A DNA stretch of 64,000 bases from Selaginella moellendorffii. Taxonomy: Eukaryota > Plantae > Lycopodiophyta. The number at the start of each line of letters is the position of its first letter. Position 1 is the stretch's first letter. Positions 25,934 to 36,868 of this stretch are shown piece after piece. The stretch covers positions 1,239,718-1,303,717 of the forward strand of contig NW_003314286.1 in assembly GCF_000143415.4 (NCBI RefSeq), in the 5' to 3' direction. The position numbers were made by a program, and so were the translations under genes. The notes below the pieces were generated by a model. The model was not told where the DNA came from. It searched no databases and saw nothing but the letters and a program-made list of their open reading frames with translations.

Positions 25934-27387
25934 CGAGCACTAAGGCGAGTCTCTGTCTTTGCTCCTCTCTTTTCTTTCCAACTCGTCTGCCGTCTTTAAC
26001 TTTACATCTTGTGGCCTGGTTGTAGGATGGGGACGAGTGCGTATCAATTCGAGCTGCCAAAACGGGCATGCTGGAAAGAGTACCCGACGGAAAGGCCTTG
26101 GCGCTCACGGGTTTTCCTGTAGAGAGTTCCAGGTCGGTTGGGCTTATTTTATCTCTATAACATGTTTGTGTGTGTGTGTGTACATATAATGTACAAATAC
26201 ATTTCAGATTCTGCCGGAGCACCGTGGCTGGCTGGGCAGGATTCTTCGCTGCGGCAGAAGCAGCAGCCTGGTGTGGAGGTGAAAAAAAGAGAAACCATTA
26301 CCTCAACAGGTAGTGTTGCAGGACCTTGACAAAAATCTCTCCAGTAGCTTGCAAGGCTTTTCAGTCTGGCTTGATCTTGGAGTGTGGTTTCCTGCTTCTG
26401 TTTTTCTATTTTCCCGTTATTATGATTCTTGGAGCTTTGTTGTGTGCTTGGCATTGGCAATGGCATGTGTAGCAACAGTGATACTTTTTCTCGTAAATCC
26501 CGCAGGCCTGCCTTGCTCGTTTGGTTGGCTCGCTGTTTTGGTTTTGCAGGGACGGCCTTCGTTTCCACAGAAGTTAGCAGATCAAACAGGCGATTACAGC
26601 AGCAGCACAAGAGGTACTGTTGTGTTTGTCGGATTGTTTTACTTTCTCGTGCCTCTCACTTTCAAATGCCGACAGGTGCGTTGTCACGGGCGAGCTGTGC
26701 GGTGCTGCAGTGCTTTTTTGTGTCGATCGAGAGCAAAAGAAAAGCACGGAAAAAAAAAAGTGGAGGAGGTGGTGATGACCACTGTCCTGGCAGCGCAGTC
26801 GCGGTGTAAGAGATAGCAATGTGGGAGAACGAAGACTGTTAGGTGCTGCCTATAGTGACTGAGGGTCCAGGAATTATAACTCGTTTGACAATGAGGAAGC
26901 GAGAACTTTGCTACCAGTGTGAGAATTACTCTTGCGCAGAGGTGACTTTCCAGGATCTATAAATCGCGAGCCACTTTTTTGCGCAGAGGCAACTTCTATG
27001 GTCATTGAATAGAAGTGATGTAAACTTCTAAGATAGGAGGGGAAGGAAATAACTCTCCAGGATCTATAAAGCCCTGGCAGCTATCTTCGACAAAAAACTT
27101 ACCTGATGTAATTCCAGGGACTTTAAAAAAACCAGAGACTTAAAATACTTCAGGTCCAGACATGGTGGCGATGGAATTGGTGGAAGAATGTTCGTCATTA
27201 ATGCTTCTCCCTTCCATGCCACCATTGCGGAGATCTTGGCTTCTCTGCCATGTCCAAGCTTGCTGGAACTTGCGAGTAGAGGTCGAGACCGTGAAGCAAC
27301 CATGGACGAGGTGGTGGACCTTTGGAGAAGGCGATTGTGTAACTTTGCGTTGCCAGTGCCTCGCAAAGTTTTGCATGCTCAAGCCTA

Positions 27388-30046
27388 TCAGGTTGCCGCG
27401 CAGTCTATCCAAGTCCCAGTGCTGCTCAAGATGGAATCACGGTTGCTCTCGCCAGAAACTGCCGAGACGGCCTTTCGAGCGCATTCGTCCCACGCTCTAG
27501 CCATGGCTCGGACGGTGACAGGCCGACTATAATCCAATGCCCTGGTGAGCGCCTCTCTAGCCACCGCTGAGAGCGAGTGGCTATCAAACACAACCGGGAT
27601 AAGTACGAGGAGGATGGAGACAAAAACTTACTTGGAGTTTGGATCGAGATGGTCCGACATAAACAGCGGAGCTTCTGGATACGTCGGGGGGACGAACACC
27701 CGCAGCGGTGGCAAAACGGCCTGCCATTACGAGATAGTCAGTCAGGCACACGACAGAAAGAAACTTGGTGGAAGCCAAAGATCGTTTCTACCATGTCTGG
27801 AATGTAAGTGAAGGTGAGAACAAGTCCTTTCTTGCCTTGGGATGCTGCTTCCTCGCTCCCGTCTTCACTGATATCCACCACGGTGTCGATGAGATGGTCA
27901 TTCGTGTCGCGGATCTCTTGCTCCAGGACGTAACTTATCTAGGAGCACAGAAACGAGTAGAAAGAAGAAAACGACACATGAGCATCTGTACCTCGAGCTT
28001 TTGACGCTTCCAGCCGGATATGACCTCGGGCGACTCGAGATCGGCCTCACCACCACCGTCGAGGCTGTTGGAAACACTTCCATCCGGGGAGATTACTGTC
28101 AGCGCAAGGGAATCAAGCGGACGCTTAGAGTTTGGCTTCCCTCGAGTTGATGCCAAGGCTCTAGCTCGTTCCCGGCTGTTTGTCATGGCTGCCAAATCCT
28201 CTCCAACAGCAGCTGTACATCCAGGACCCGGTCCCGTGGCGGCGAGCCTGTCGGACAGATACACGATCGATGCCATTTCCCTCGCGCCCGCGCTGAGAGC
28301 TTTCGGAGACATCGTTCTCACCTGCGGTGTAGGCTGATAGAAACCAATGAAGGAAAAGAGTAGACTTACGATCTTGAGAAGCCTCTCCAAAGGATCGGGA
28401 CCAGCCGGATCAGCAGCTTGCGCAGGACTTGCAGACAAGTCCAAGAAAGGTGACGCTGAGATGCCCGGCGAGAGTACGAGTGGAGGTGCGGTCGACTGGA
28501 TCGCAGCTTTGCTGTCGGAGTCGTCCTCCTCGATCGGTGGAAGAGTCATAAGCGGTGGTGTCACCGGCGAGCCAACTTTGACGTTGTGAGGAGACGACGC
28601 TTGAAAGGTCTGAGGAGATGGAACCGGCTGAGCTGATCGAGCTCTGTGCCGCTTCGCATCCACCATTCCCCGAATGCCCATCTTTGAATCCTCCAGCATT
28701 TTCAGCTGCTGTTGCTGCTGCTGCTGGAAGAGTTGGGACGCTTGCTGCTGCTGATTCGACGTGTGCATGGCATGTGGTCCAGCATTTTGCCCCGGATTTG
28801 TAGCAGGCGGCTGCTGCTGCTGCTGCTGCTGCGGGAGATTTTTTTTCAGTGTATGGAGAATTTGCTTCTCGCAGTTGTCCACCATTTCTAGTCCAAACTT
28901 CTTTGGAGGGTTGTCTCTCGACAGAGATAAGACTCTAATGAACTTGAGTATGTAGTTCATGTAATAATCTAGCTTTGGTAGCTGATCTGCGGGTAGTGAC
29001 TGCATGAAAGAGGTTAGTATCAGCAGCTGGAAAAGAACAGGAAGGAAAAGCTTACCCGTTTCCGTACACAAAGCTTATCCCACACTTGTTGGAAGTGTGG
29101 CAAATGCTTGTCCTTCAAGATTTGAAGCTGAAATAGAAGAGATAAACATACATGGATTGTTTATAAAAAACCGGTTACCTTGTTCCATGCCGCCTCTTGC
29201 TCGTCGATGGTTGGATCAAGCGAAGCTGTGAAGGAAACAAAGTAAACTCGCTCGCGGTCATATAAAGAAAGAGAGAGCGTACCTGAGGGAGTTTCGGCTT
29301 TTATTTTCATCCCGAGAGGCAGACTTTGCTGCTGGTGTTGAAGCATTTGTAGCTGCTGCTGCTGGAAAGATTGAGCACCCGGCGGCAGCATGGACGCTGC
29401 TTGATGCTGGTTGGAGAGTCCAGTTAGATGCTGCTGCTGCTGCAAAAGGCTCGCGGCCTGTTGCAGGCCCTGCTGTGGATTCATCCGGTAGAGCTGCTGT
29501 TGTTGCTGTTGACGAGCTTGCATCATCCTCATGGCGGCTGGGTTTTGCGTGACGCTCACTTGCTGCGCTTGCATGGTGCTGTTACTAGAACTTTGAGCAA
29601 CTTGAGCTTGGGCTTGTCTCATTTGTAACAACTGCTGCTGCTGCTGCATGGTTTGGTTTTGATGTTGAGCCTGCTGAGCCACGAGTGACGAGCTCCCAGG
29701 CGCCACCTGAGCGCGATCGCTGGTCGTGTTCTTCGCGACCAGCTCCGCGGTTATCTTCCTATGATAGTCTTGCTGAAAAAAAAGGGGGGAATTTTTTGAT
29801 GGATCAGAGGTAAAAACTTGCCTCATCCGTGGCGGTCTTGTACACCGCGTCCTCGAGGCGGGACGCGATCTGGAAGAGCTCGTTTATGCCGCCTGGCGCG
29901 TGGAATTGCTTGTGCAGCGTGCCCATCCTGCGGGCCATGAACGATCGTGTCTCAAGGAAGAAAAGCCCATAAAAAACAATCCAGAGAAGGAACGCTTACA
30001 TTCTCTTCACCATCTTCTTCCGCTCATCGCCGCTCCGCCAAGCCAT
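27388..30046 (-). CDS. MED15: Mediator subunit 15 (KIX domain, Gln-rich region, conserved C-terminus), multi-exon
   Basis: Spliced N-terminus MAWRSGDERKKMVKR|...ELFQIASRLEDAVYKTATDE|QDYHRKI (KIX). PolyQ tracts, AAVGEDLAAMT motif, and C-terminal ARAWDECARKAV...GTWIDC ending at stop 27388. Confidence 0.85.
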
Positions 30047-30146
30047 ACGAAAGGCCAAGAAAAAACCCTACTAGGTAGCTCAAACGCCAAAGGAAAAGTT
30101 GATAACGAGATCTTGGTTTCTAGAGAAAAAAAACCATTTTTTCTAG

Positions 30147-31319
30147 CTAGCTCGTTGGCCTCCACTCGGAAACTCCAGGCCACAAGCACTTCGGCAGCTC
30201 TCGCCTCCACGCCGCGAGATCTGGGAAAGCTCCAGTCATGGCGACGCAGTTATCGTGCGGTAAGAACGTCCGGGTGCTCACTCCCCCGCCAGGAAACGCC
30301 TCCATCAACGCCGCCACCGTCTCTCTCATGGTCGCATCCCCGTCCCTGCGATCCTCGGCCTCCACGCACGATCCTCCGCAGTTCACCATTATCCTGCCTC
30401 CCGGCTTGAGCCTCTCGCCGAGCTCCCGCCATGTCCGAGCTCGCTGGAGCGGCGATATAACTCTGCCTTGCGAGAAGAGGTCGACGATGATCCCCGCAAA
30501 GCCACCTTGCACGACCGCGTCGCGAGCCAGAGCGTCGCCGATATGAACTACGAGCTTCCCAAGTTCTTCTCCACTGGAGTAACTCGAGTCATTGTCTTCC
30601 TCGTCCTCGTCCATGCCTGCTAAGTTGCTCGGCTTTCCATTCTCCAAGTCCAGCATTCCAAAGTAGCGCCTTCCAACTCCGACCACGGAAGCGTCCATCT
30701 CCCATCCGTGGATCTCCAGCCGCGGCCAGAAGTGATGGATGATCCTCGCGGCGGTTCCAGCGCCGAGACCCAGGATGGCGATCGGCCCCGGCGGAATTAG
30801 AGGCGGCAGCATCGCGAACGAGTCGTAGTACGAGCCTGTGAGGACCTTGAAGAAGAAGTGGACGCTGTGGATGTTGCCCGGCCTGTCCAGGAGCAACACT
30901 CGCGACCCCGCTAGTGTGGAGTCCGCACGCCGGGAGATCTCGAGCACTTGGACCAAGTTGTGGCGGCTCCGAAACTTTGTGAGAACCTTCACGTCCTCGT
31001 CTGGCACCTCTTGAGACCATCTGCCTGGAAGACCATCTCCTTCTAGATCCTGTTCCACTATTCTCAGCTCTTCCTCACTCCAAGCTGCTGCTGCTGTCGA
31101 TGGAAGAACGGCCGGTTTTTCAGCTATTCTTCCAGCTGACTTTGAGAGTTTCGAGCCATAGAGACTGATTGGTGGCATTGCATGGAAGAATCTAGTTCGT
31201 GAGCGCCTCCAGGCCATTCCAGGCGTTGGATTTTTCTTACCTGGAACGTCAATGGCAGCAGGCTTCGAACGAATGGAACAAGTTACCCATTTCGAAGTGG
31301 AGGTGATAGCTCTCGCCAT
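30147..31319 (-). CDS. SAM-dependent methyltransferase (spermidine-synthase-like fold, At5g63100-like), intronless
   Basis: Motif I ILGLGAGT, plus GWEMD, HIGDA, IIVDLF and LKPGGRIMVN. Start is 31319 or 31217. Confidence 0.85.
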   Translation of the reverse strand: MARAITSTSKWVTCSIRSKPAAIDVPGKKNPTPGMAWRRSRTRFFHAMPPISLYGSKLSKSAGRIAEKPAVLPSTAAAAWSEEELRIVEQDLEGDGLPGRWSQEVPDEDVKVLTKFRSRHNLVQVLEISRRADSTLAGSRVLLLDRPGNIHSVHFFFKVLTGSYYDSFAMLPPLIPPGPIAILGLGAGTAARIIHHFWPRLEIHGWEMDASVVGVGRRYFGMLDLENGKPSNLAGMDEDEEDNDSSYSSGEELGKLVVHIGDALARDAVVQGGFAGIIVDLFSQGRVISPLQRARTWRELGERLKPGGRIMVNCGGSCVEAEDRRDGDATMRETVAALMEAFPGGGVSTRTFLPHDNCVAMTGAFPDLAAWRRELPKCLWPGVSEWRPTS

Positions 31320-31351
31320 GCTATGCTTGTAAAGCCCTAACAAGGTCTTTT

Positions 31352-32944
31352 TCAGACAGTAGTAGTAGCTCTCGCAGCGCTTAGCATTTCGACTATGAGT
31401 GTCTTCACATCCCTGAGGAAAAACAAAAGATAGCTCGCTCAAGTTTCTACTCAAAACAAAACTACTAGGGACTTACTTGCGGTCTTGTGCAGCTCTGGGG
31501 AAAGGAATGCGCAATTTTGTTGGTGTTCCTTGAATTGCAGCCTGAAATGCTAGCACCAAATAAGCCAGGGAAGCGAGAAATGAAAAACAAAATCAAGAAA
31601 GAACTCGCCTTTACGTAGAAACCGAGCGAATCAACGTCCAGCATGAACGCATGATCCACCTGATATCGGATATAACGTAAGAGAGCAAACAATAATAAAA
31701 TTCCAGCTACCTTGACTCCAACAACGTGCTCTACAATAGCTTGCGTGTCGGCCGAATGATCTTTGTTCATGTGTGACTGCATAGTTGACGAAAGTAGCGA
31801 GGCGTTACCTTAAAATTTCTTTTCCTTACCGATATCGGTGTTGAGAACTGAGAAATAGGATCGACCTTGGCGGATTGGAAATTGTCGGAACTGAGGTCTG
31901 TAGAGAACTTACATTGGAATTTTTCTGATGCTTTACATGAAGGCAATACCTTCAACGTCGGCGTGGCCAGTTTTGAGACCAGACACAAAACGCACTGTCT
32001 TTGGCTTGATCTTTGCGATCTTAAAGTCGCCAAAATCCACCTTCGCATGACAAGAGCATATCAGTTCGCAGTTTTCGTCTGAAATATATCCTACCCAGAA
32101 CGCGTGCGGATATTTCTTCAAGTAGACTTCGCGAGCTTCTTTCCAGTCTTCCCCCGATACCTGCAACATACATAAAACTTCGTTGTACTGAAGGCGAAAT
32201 CAAAATCAGGAAACTTACGTATGAAGCTTCTCCAACAACAGTGATGGAGGTGTCCGATTTATCGAGAGGATCTCTAGCAACAAGGAGAGAACATTTTGGA
32301 TTGCATTCCATGTTCTGCAAAGTCACTACTGGACCGATCGAATTTGCTTCGTACGAATGAAATCAATACCAAAATACCTTTGTGTGAGGCGAAAGAGAAC
32401 TAACAGCAAGAAGAGGTTGACCATTAGAATCAGAAGCAAACTCGATGGTCGATGGAACCGGAAATCCTTCGTACTTCTGCAAAAAAAAATTACATGAACT
32501 GAGAGAAGAAAGAAACAGCAAGGCTAGAAGAACCTGTGAAATCGTTGATAGAAATCCAATTTCCTTGTTCGCTAAAAGCGTCCGCGCCTCGTCTGCGTGA
32601 GAAAGCTTCACAGCTTTGCGCTGGACAACTCGAAGAAACAAAAAATCGTTTCCAATTCCCAAAAACTAAGAAGAGAAAACAAAAACACACCTGGTGATCG
32701 CTCACAACCTGCCATATGTTTGCTTCCGCATGATCGCTCGAAACAGCCTGAAAGTCACACAGAAAAACAAAGAAAAAATAAAAAAGAGGAAAGGTGAGAA
32801 ATCTAGCGAAAGAAATCCAGTTACCTGCTGAGCAGCGTCCGCCATGGCGAAATTCCTCGAGGAGAGGCGCAGCCGCTTGGCGCAGTGGCCGAGAGCAGCG
32901 CCTCGCAAAACTGGAGTCGCGGAATGGAACCCTAGCGCCCCCAT
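31352..32944 (-). CDS. HOZ: HugZ-like / pyridoxamine 5'-phosphate oxidase-family plastid protein with DUF2470 C-terminus, about 12 exons
   Basis: Transit-peptide-like exon 1, then spliced segments EARTLL..GFLSTISQ|KYEGFP..SSLSPHTK|..YLKKYPHAFW|VDFGDF..|SHMNKDH..|LDVDSLG..|LRIPFPRAAQDRK|DVKTLIVEML. Confidence 0.85.
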
Positions 32945-33157
32945 TTCGTAACAACAAGAATACCACGAGCTGCTATTGGTAGTATACATCGGCAACCATT
33001 GAAATACAGAAGAAAGAGATCCTTTTTAGTGAAGAAAATCACATTTTTGCTAAGTTTGCTCTCTAGAAAATCTCAACCATCTCTCAAGTTGGAACTTGAC
33101 TTCTCTGGGCGTGTGGCGGCCATATCTCTTCGGCAAAGGCCAAACGAATCTTGCAGT

Positions 33158-34332
33158 TTACTTTGAGATCGAACTGGAGGTGTCCGGGAAAGGATTGCAC
33201 TGGGGAGACACTTTGCTCAACGAATTACCTGACAAAAAATAGCATTTTTGTCAAACAGAACAACGAAGCTGGAGGCTTCCAAGCAAACCATAAGAAAAAG
33301 AAATTTGAAGCGAAGCAAAGAAGAATCAAAGATCCTACCTTTCGCGATTGCCTCGAGCATTCTCACAACCTCGCTCATGCGGGGCCGCTTATCCGGATTC
33401 TTCTTCCAGCAGCGCTTCATCACGTACGCGAGCTCGCCGGGACACGACCGCGGGATCTTGGGCCGCAAGTTCCGATACACGAGCCCCTTGGTGATGTCTG
33501 CCAGGCTCAAGCACACCAATCCATACGCCATGTCGCAGCTATAGATCTCCAGCAAGCAAATCCCAAAGCTGAAAACATCCGACTTGCAATCGTATGCCCG
33601 CCCGTCCATCACCTCGGGCGCCATGTATCCGAAAGTTCCAATCTCCCCGCTCATGGCCTGATCGGCCTCCATCAGGATCCTGGCCGAATCAAAGTCACCA
33701 ATCTTGGCGCGGAGAGCCGAGTCGAGCAGGATGTTTTTGGTCTTGACATCCCTGTGGATGATCTTCCGCGAGTGCAGGTACTCGAGCCCCCTGGCTATGT
33801 CGATTCCCAGCTGGATCACGAGCTTGTAGCTCAGCCTCTTGTGCTGCGACATGAGATACTCGCGCAAGCTTCCGGTGGACATATACTCGGAGACGAGGCA
33901 GCAAACGTTGGAGAAAGCGTTCTTGTCCGCCACGCCGGGCGAAGCACCGATGAGCTTGACGATGTTTGGATGATCCAGCTTCCGCCAGATTCGCAGCTCC
34001 CGCATGAGGCAAACGCGCCGCCAGTCGGAGATCCCGTCCCCGGCCAGCCCCGGCTTGCTGCAATCCAAGAGCTTGATGGCCACTTCCTCGTTGTTGTATG
34101 TTCCCCGGTGGACCTTTCCAATCGCGCCGAGGCCGATCACTTCCCGGATCACCAGCTTGGACATATCGATCGTCTGGAGAGGCTTTGGAGCTCCTGCTGC
34201 TGCTGCTGGTGTTGATTCTTCCTCCTTGAACTTGCGCGATCCTGATATCGATCCGATGCTCATCGTTCTGCTCCACTGCCTGTCGAGAATTACATCTAGC
34301 TTCACGAACTTACCTTGTTCTTGAGGAGTCAT
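33158..34332 (-). CDS. Raf-like (group C, ATN1/MRK1-like) protein kinase
   Basis: GLGAIG, VAIK, LDHPNIVKLIGAS, HRDVKTKNILL, DFD and GTFGYMAPEV motifs. Probable 3' intron at ~33229-33339 gives stop 33158 (unspliced stop 33217). Start is 34332 or 34263. Confidence 0.88.
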
Positions 34333-34346
34333 ATCGCGAAGGAGGG

Positions 34347-34350
<4 letters not shown>

Positions 34351-34414
<64 letters not shown>
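34351..34414. repeat. (GA)32 microsatellite in the kinase 5' region
   Basis: Perfect dinucleotide run. Confidence 0.97.
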
Positions 34415-34416
<2 letters not shown>

Positions 34417-34652
34417 CGCCCCTCTTTCCCTGCAAATCGCTATCGTTCACTTTTGTTTCCGAAGTCTTCCCAATCGCTATATAGGCCATGGGAGAGGGGG
34501 TCAATAATTTCGACAGTATGTTCCTGTGCATATACCTAAGTTAACGATTTGTGAATTCCAGATAATCAACACTCCATTTGTGAGGACATAACTAGTTAGA
34601 CAGCGTCCATGCATGGGTGGATAATACTATTTCAATCAAATCAATGATAAAA

Positions 34653-36854
34653 CTATATAGATTGAGAGTTTAGATTCGATAACAAAACATATGGCGACGA
34701 CTCTTCCGGATCCAATTCCATCACTCTCTCTTGGATGTGATCTCCACTACCCCGGGCATTCCCATCTCCACTCTGGCACGCCCCCAGCACCGTCGTCCAC
34801 GACACCACGTCCGGCTCAAACGGCATGCTCTGGACGAGGTCCTTGGCGTCCCGAATATACCCCGCCCGGCCCAAAAGATCCACCATGCACCGGTAGTGGT
34901 CTGCCCTGTACGGCAGCCCGAAATCCAACCGCGCCGACCAGAAGTACGTCAGCCCCGTCTTGCACTCGCCCGAGTGGCTGGAGACCGCCAGCATTATGGT
35001 AAATGTCACCTGGTCGGGGGGCACGCCCTCCACGTGCATGGCGTGGAAGACGTGTACGGCCTCGGCGTGGCAGCTGAACTGGGCGTAGGCCGCCAGCATC
35101 GCGTTCCAAGTTATGGTATCTTTCCGTACCATGCTCGAGAAGACGAGCTCCGCGCCGTGGAGGCTACCGCACTTGGCATACATGGTAACCACGGCGTTAC
35201 CGACGGTAACGTCCCAGCTCAGGCTGCTGTCGCCGATGTGGGCGTGGATCACACGGCTGAGAGGCAGCGAGCCTACGGCCGTGCACGCGTCCACCACCCC
35301 CACGAACGTGATCTCGTTAGGCCGGACTCCCTCGACGTCCATTGTACGGTAGAGTTGCAGTGCCTCGTGGCCGCGTGCGTTTTGGGAGTAGCCCGAGATC
35401 ATCGCGTTCCAGGAGACGAGGTTCCGGACGGGCATTCGGTCGAACACGTCGCGGGCCTCGTCAAGTTGCCCCCGTGAGGCAAATGCGGTTACCATGGTCG
35501 TCCAGGAGATCACATCCGGATTGGGGATTCGATCAAAGAGCTTGCTCGCTTCGGTGATAAGTCCTGATTGAGCGAATCCGGAGAGAAGTGCGTTCCACGA
35601 GACTAAGTCGCGGTATGGCGTCCGGTGGAACATTTCCCTGGCCTCCTCCATATGCCCGTGTTGGGTATATCCCGTAATCATGGCGTTCCAAGATACCATA
35701 TTCTTGTCTGGCATCTTTTCAAAGAGCTCCTGGGCTTCTCGGAGATGCCCGTTTTGTGCGTATGCCGAAATCATTGCGTTCCATGAAATAGTGCTTTTCT
35801 TTNNNNNNNNNNNNNNNNNNNNNNNNNNNNNNNNNNNNNNNNNNNNNNNNNNNNNNNNNNNNNNNNNNNNNNNNNNNNNNNNNNNNNNNNNNNNNNNNNN
35901 NNNNNNNNNNNNNNNNNNNNNNNNNGCGAGATCGTTTGCCTGCGCGTACGCGGAGATCATCGTTGTCCACGAGACAATGTCACGGTTGGGCATCTTTTCG
36001 AAGAGCAATTGAGCGCGGTTTACTTGCCGGGTGTGTACGCGAGCCTTGAGCATCGTGTTCCAGGATATGGAATCCCTCTTGGGCATCGCAGCAAAGAGAT
36101 CCATGGCTGTTTGGAACTGGTTGCTCTCGGCGTAAGCCGCCAGCATTGCGTTGCCGCAGTAGAGATCATCGGGGCCATAGCTCTCATGGATGAGCTTTGC
36201 TTCGTGGATTTGGCCCTTTTGAGCGTAGCCCAGCACCATCACCGTGCACGCGATCCCACTCTTCTCTGGCATTCGATCGAAGAGATCTCTCGCTTCCCTG
36301 AGTTTTCCTTCCTTGGCATAGGCAGTGACGATCGTGTTCCAGGAAACTTGATCTAGAACAGGGCTCTCATCAAAGAGCTTCCTGGCTTCTTGGAGATGCC
36401 CGTTTTGGGCATATGCCGAGATCATCGTGTTCCAAGAGATCACATTCTTGTTTTGCAGCAAATCAAAGACCTTTCTCGCTTCGTCAACTTTCTTGTTCTG
36501 TCCATAGACAGCGATCATTGCGTTCCACGTCGCAAGGTTTTTCAAAGGCATCTTCTCAAAGAGCGTCGATGCTTTCTCGAGATGCCCGTTCCGGGAGTAT
36601 GCCAGGAGCATCACATTCCACGAGTAGACGTTCCTCTGCGCGATTCCCTCAAACACATCGACCGCGTCTTTCAAGCTCCCGCACTTTCCGTACATCTCTA
36701 TGAGGAGGTTCTGGAGATAGGTGTTTTGCTGCTCGTGGCTGCCAAGGATCTTTACGTGGAGACGCTTGCCTTCGGCCAAATCTCTGGTTTTGCCACACGA
36801 TTTAAGCAGCGAGGCATAGAAATGCGTATCAATCGTCGCAAGCTCCACCTCCAT
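34653..36854 (-). CDS. PLS-class PPR protein with E domain, no DYW (spans an assembly gap)
   Basis: Tandem 31-aa repeats (MPxRNxVSWNAMI.AYAQNG), then HYRCMVDLLGRAG, MPFEPDVVSW and SPYVLLSN. Confidence 0.93.
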   Translation of the reverse strand: MEVELATIDTHFYASLLKSCGKTRDLAEGKRLHVKILGSHEQQNTYLQNLLIEMYGKCGSLKDAVDVFEGIAQRNVYSWNVMLLAYSRNGHLEKASTLFEKMPLKNLATWNAMIAVYGQNKKVDEARKVFDLLQNKNVISWNTMISAYAQNGHLQEARKLFDESPVLDQVSWNTIVTAYAKEGKLREARDLFDRMPEKSGIACTVMVLGYAQKGQIHEAKLIHESYGPDDLYCGNAMLAAYAESNQFQTAMDLFAAMPKRDSISWNTMLKARVHTRQVNRAQLLFEKMPNRDIVSWTTMISAYAQANDLXXXXXXXXXXXXXXXXXXXXXXXXXXXXXXXXXXXXXXXXXXKKSTISWNAMISAYAQNGHLREAQELFEKMPDKNMVSWNAMITGYTQHGHMEEAREMFHRTPYRDLVSWNALLSGFAQSGLITEASKLFDRIPNPDVISWTTMVTAFASRGQLDEARDVFDRMPVRNLVSWNAMISGYSQNARGHEALQLYRTMDVEGVRPNEITFVGVVDACTAVGSLPLSRVIHAHIGDSSLSWDVTVGNAVVTMYAKCGSLHGAELVFSSMVRKDTITWNAMLAAYAQFSCHAEAVHVFHAMHVEGVPPDQVTFTIMLAVSSHSGECKTGLTYFWSARLDFGLPYRADHYRCMVDLLGRAGYIRDAKDLVQSMPFEPDVVSWTTVLGACQSGDGNARGSGDHIQERVMELDPEESSPYVLLSNLNSQSI
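35803..35925. other. Assembly gap (123 N)
   Basis: Run of n characters. Confidence 0.99.
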
Positions 36855-36868
36855 CGCTGCTGATCAGA

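Noticed and set aside
26155-26819. Overlapping ORFs with hydrophobic stretches downstream of the BTB gene
   Set aside because: No domain; T-rich UTR-like composition explains the hydrophobicity.
31320-31454. Apparent 435-aa methyltransferase overlapping HOZ
   Set aside because: The extension starts at a non-ATG codon and runs through the last HOZ intron and exon in another frame. The real start is at or after 31319.
33151-34215. 354-aa plus-strand ORF, and similar antisense ORFs over BTB (23947-24918) and the PPR genes
   Set aside because: These are antisense shadows of GC-rich coding sequence.
35803-35925. Frame continuity of the first PPR gene across the N gap
   Set aside because: The gap length is an estimate, so the 733-aa length and repeat count are not reliable evidence.
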